Source of the DNA: Kiritimatiellia bacterium
GTDB taxonomy: Bacteria > Verrucomicrobiota > Kiritimatiellia > CAIQIC01 > Lenti-01
NCBI GenBank assembly: GCA_040768005.1
Contig: JAXGNL010000008.1
Coordinates: 5,053-69,052, forward strand
Direction: 5' to 3'
Length of the DNA stretch: 64,000 nucleotides
Under the pieces are notes generated by a model. It ran no database searches and was not told the origin of the DNA. It was given only the letters and a program-made list of their open reading frames with translations. This document shows positions 61,683 through 64,000 of the stretch, one piece after another; the stretch's first letter is position 1; each line of letters starts with the position of its first letter. Both the position numbers and the translations under genes were made by a program.

Positions 61683-64000
61683 TCAGTCCACGCCCGGGGG
61701 CTTGCCGAGGCTGATCATGCACTTGTCTTCGACCGGCAGTTCCACGTCGGCCTGGCCTTCCGCCACCGGGACATTGGTGGACAGCGTCCAGTTCCAGGCG
61801 CCGTTGGTGATGGTGGTGGCCGTATAGACCGGCAGGCTGGTCACCGAGGGCGGCAGGTCCGCCAGCGTGGCGCGGAAGCCGAACTGGCCGCCGGCCGTCG
61901 TCACGTTGCTGATCTCGGCAATGGCCACTTCCTGCGTTTCGCCGCCGCTGCCGGGCAGAATCGTCACGCTGAAGTTCGTCGTGGCGAAGGCGTCATTGCG
62001 CTGGTTCTGTGCGAGGAAGTAGAACGTGAAGGTCCCGTCGTCCGCGGACGTGAAGGACAGCGTGCCGTTCTCATAGGTGGAAACGAAGGCGGCGGGCGAA
62101 TTGGTCAGGGTCACGACCGGCTCGCCGTCGCCCGTGGCCGTCACGGAGACGGCCACCGCTTCGCCTTCTTCCTTGTCCGCGGGGATGGCGCCGACCTGGA
62201 ACACCGGAGCCGGATAGTCGGTCACGTCCACGAACTGCAGGTACTGCACCACCGCGCCGTCGGCCCAGACCATGTCCGGCGATTCCACGCCGGTGTCCAC
62301 GCCGCCGTCCAGGCCGATGTAGAAGTTCGTGATGATTTCCGAACCGGCCTTGGCCGTGGGCCAGATCAGCGCATTGGTGTCGGCCGCGGCCAGGTTGCGG
62401 ATGTTGTACAAGCGGTCGGCCCGGTCCTCCAGCCCCAGCTTGTCGGCGAAGGGTGAGAGGTCATAGGTCTGGGCGTTGCCGGTCAGGCCGTCCGTGTCGC
62501 CGGTTTCGTTCATGAACAGCACGCTGACGATCACTGAATCGCGGATGTTGGGATTGGCCCCCTCCTCTTCCCACTTGGCCACCGTCATCATGCGCGGATT
62601 GTCGTTCAGGAACCAGCGGTTCTTGCTGCGCAGGGCCGGGCTGGCCAGGCGCGCCTGGTTGACACGCGCGTAGAACTGCGCCATCGCCCGCGAATCGCGG
62701 AAGGTGCCGTTGGTGTAGCACGGATCGTCCCATACGTACATCTGGTTCCACTTCTTGAAGTGGGGGATCCACTTCCCGAAGTTCTGCTCGAAGTGGTAGA
62801 AGCCCTTCCAGGCGTTGATGGTGTCGTTGGTCCCGGCGTAGGGGCTGATGGCGTGTTCCTGGCCGTAGAGCAGCATGGGCACGCCGTCGATGGCGGAGAC
62901 CATCGCGTAGCGCGACGCGGTGGCCCAGGGATCGCCGAAGGGCAGCGGTTCGTCGTGGCTGGTCAGGTTCAGCAGGATGATGCCGTTGCCGTAGAGCGCG
63001 CGGCGCTCTTCCAGCGCAGCCTGCAGGGGCGCAGGTTCGCTGATCTTTTCCTGCGTGAAGCGGAAGACCATGTTTTCGTTCAGGATGTCGAAGTGGCGGT
63101 TCGAGCGCTTGCCGACGAGACCGCCGTCGAGCGATTCGGCCATGAACAGGAAGTTCCATTTCACGGAGCGCGTGCGGTTGATCAGGTATTCCCAGAACTG
63201 GCTGGGCAGGCCCTGCGCGTAGTCGCAGCGCAGGCCGTCGATGCCGTAGTCGTCCAGCAGCACGCCGTTGCCGTCCACCGCACCCGGCTGGTTGGCGCCG
63301 CCGTGGCCGGTCTGCTTGATCCAGAATTCCGGATAGCCGGCCATGTACTTCCACAGCAGCTTGGTCGCCGGCAGCATCTGGTCGTAGTAGTACTGGTCGT
63401 CTTCGTTGTACATCCGGCTGGTTTCCTCGGTCAGCTCGCCGCTGGCCTTCTGCTCCTCGGTGCGGTCGTCGAACCGGATCATGGTGGAATAGTTGCCGTA
63501 GAGCAGCTCGGCCACGTCGTCCCACTTGCCGAAGTCCACCCGCTCGGGCGCGACGCCGATGTCGTTGGTCCGGGCGTTGGTGTAATAGGTCGCCGGCATG
63601 GCGTAGTTGGTGGTGCAGGAGTACCAGTTGATGCCCATCTGGCCGGTGGTGGCGATGCGGCCTTCGGGCAGGAGCGTGGACAGGTCGCCGTAGGCGTTGG
63701 TCAACTCGGCCATGGCGGCCGCGCCGAGGCCGTTGGTGGCCCAGGCCAGCCCCGCGCCGTAGATGGCGTCCCAGCTCGTGTGGTTCATCACGCCGTCGAG
63801 CATCACGTTGATCGTGTTCAGCTCGCGGGCGCCCGGATCCATCGTCTCGCCCCGGGCCCGGTCGCACAGGCGCACGAAGTTCGTGAACGCCGCCACGGCA
63901 GACGCCTCGTCCGCGGCGTCGGACATGTCGGGATTCACGGAGAAGTAGTTCTTCGTGCCGTAGGGGCTGCCGGGCCAGTAGCGCTGGCCAGTGGCCGGAT
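61683..64000 (-). CDS. GH13 alpha-amylase-family glycoside hydrolase, C-terminal part (5' end outside the window)
   Basis: The frame stays open to the window edge (PGSPYGTKNYFSVNP). DGVMNHTS, GIDGLRCDYAQG, FMAES and LTSHDE are GH13 regions I-IV. Confidence 0.85.
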   Translation of the reverse strand, partial: PATGQRYWPGSPYGTKNYFSVNPDMSDAADEASAVAAFTNFVRLCDRARGETMDPGARELNTINVMLDGVMNHTSWDAIYGAGLAWATNGLGAAAMAELTNAYGDLSTLLPEGRIATTGQMGINWYSCTTNYAMPATYYTNARTNDIGVAPERVDFGKWDDVAELLYGNYSTMIRFDDRTEEQKASGELTEETSRMYNEDDQYYYDQMLPATKLLWKYMAGYPEFWIKQTGHGGANQPGAVDGNGVLLDDYGIDGLRCDYAQGLPSQFWEYLINRTRSVKWNFLFMAESLDGGLVGKRSNRHFDILNENMVFRFTQEKISEPAPLQAALEERRALYGNGIILLNLTSHDEPLPFGDPWATASRYAMVSAIDGVPMLLYGQEHAISPYAGTNDTINAWKGFYHFEQNFGKWIPHFKKWNQMYVWDDPCYTNGTFRDSRAMAQFYARVNQARLASPALRSKNRWFLNDNPRMMTVAKWEEEGANPNIRDSVIVSVLFMNETGDTDGLTGNAQTYDLSPFADKLGLEDRADRLYNIRNLAAADTNALIWPTAKAGSEIITNFYIGLDGGVDTGVESPDMVWADGAVVQYLQFVDVTDYPAPVFQVGAIPADKEEGEAVAVSVTATGDGEPVVTLTNSPAAFVSTYENGTLSFTSADDGTFTFYFLAQNQRNDAFATTNFSVTILPGSGGETQEVAIAEISNVTTAGGQFGFRATLADLPPSVTSLPVYTATTITNGAWNWTLSTNVPVAEGQADVELPVEDKCMISLGKPPGVD

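Overview
High-GC (about two-thirds by eye) chromosomal window from a diderm anaerobe. The gene content and PVC-style secreted proteins suggest a Kiritimatiellia/PVC-superphylum bacterium, but this is inference only. There are about 52 genes and one tRNA-Gly(TCC). Housekeeping and metabolism: PFOR, nadA, rny-ymdB, ygfA, mutL, hydF, a DPSL-like ferritin and an NCS2 permease. Envelope: GT2-LAB_N-ArnT-ArnT-methyltransferase-lptF, GT9, epimerases and a radical SAM enzyme. DNA damage: class II photolyase, umuDC and lexA. No CRISPR array, prophage or intact transposase was seen. Main leads: (1) a seven-gene operon at 48.3-56.7 kb encoding two TPR proteins, ExbB, two ExbD and two tandem proteins with a TonB/TolA-type S-x3-H transmembrane helix and Pro/acidic linker that end in a prenyltransferase/squalene-cyclase-repeat barrel instead of a TonB C-terminal domain; (2) the same TGAAC-N4-GTTCA palindrome upstream of both lexA and umuDC; (3) a shared ~70-aa C-terminal domain on two unrelated enzymes, a metacaspase and a GH13; (4) an isoprenoid-synthase-fold/methyltransferase operon; (5) a divergent transketolase-like ThDP enzyme; (6) several REP-like repeat families and gene remnants. 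The 32.1-33.5 kb zone is heavily frameshifted, probably from sequence error. Many start codons were trimmed relative to the ORF track.
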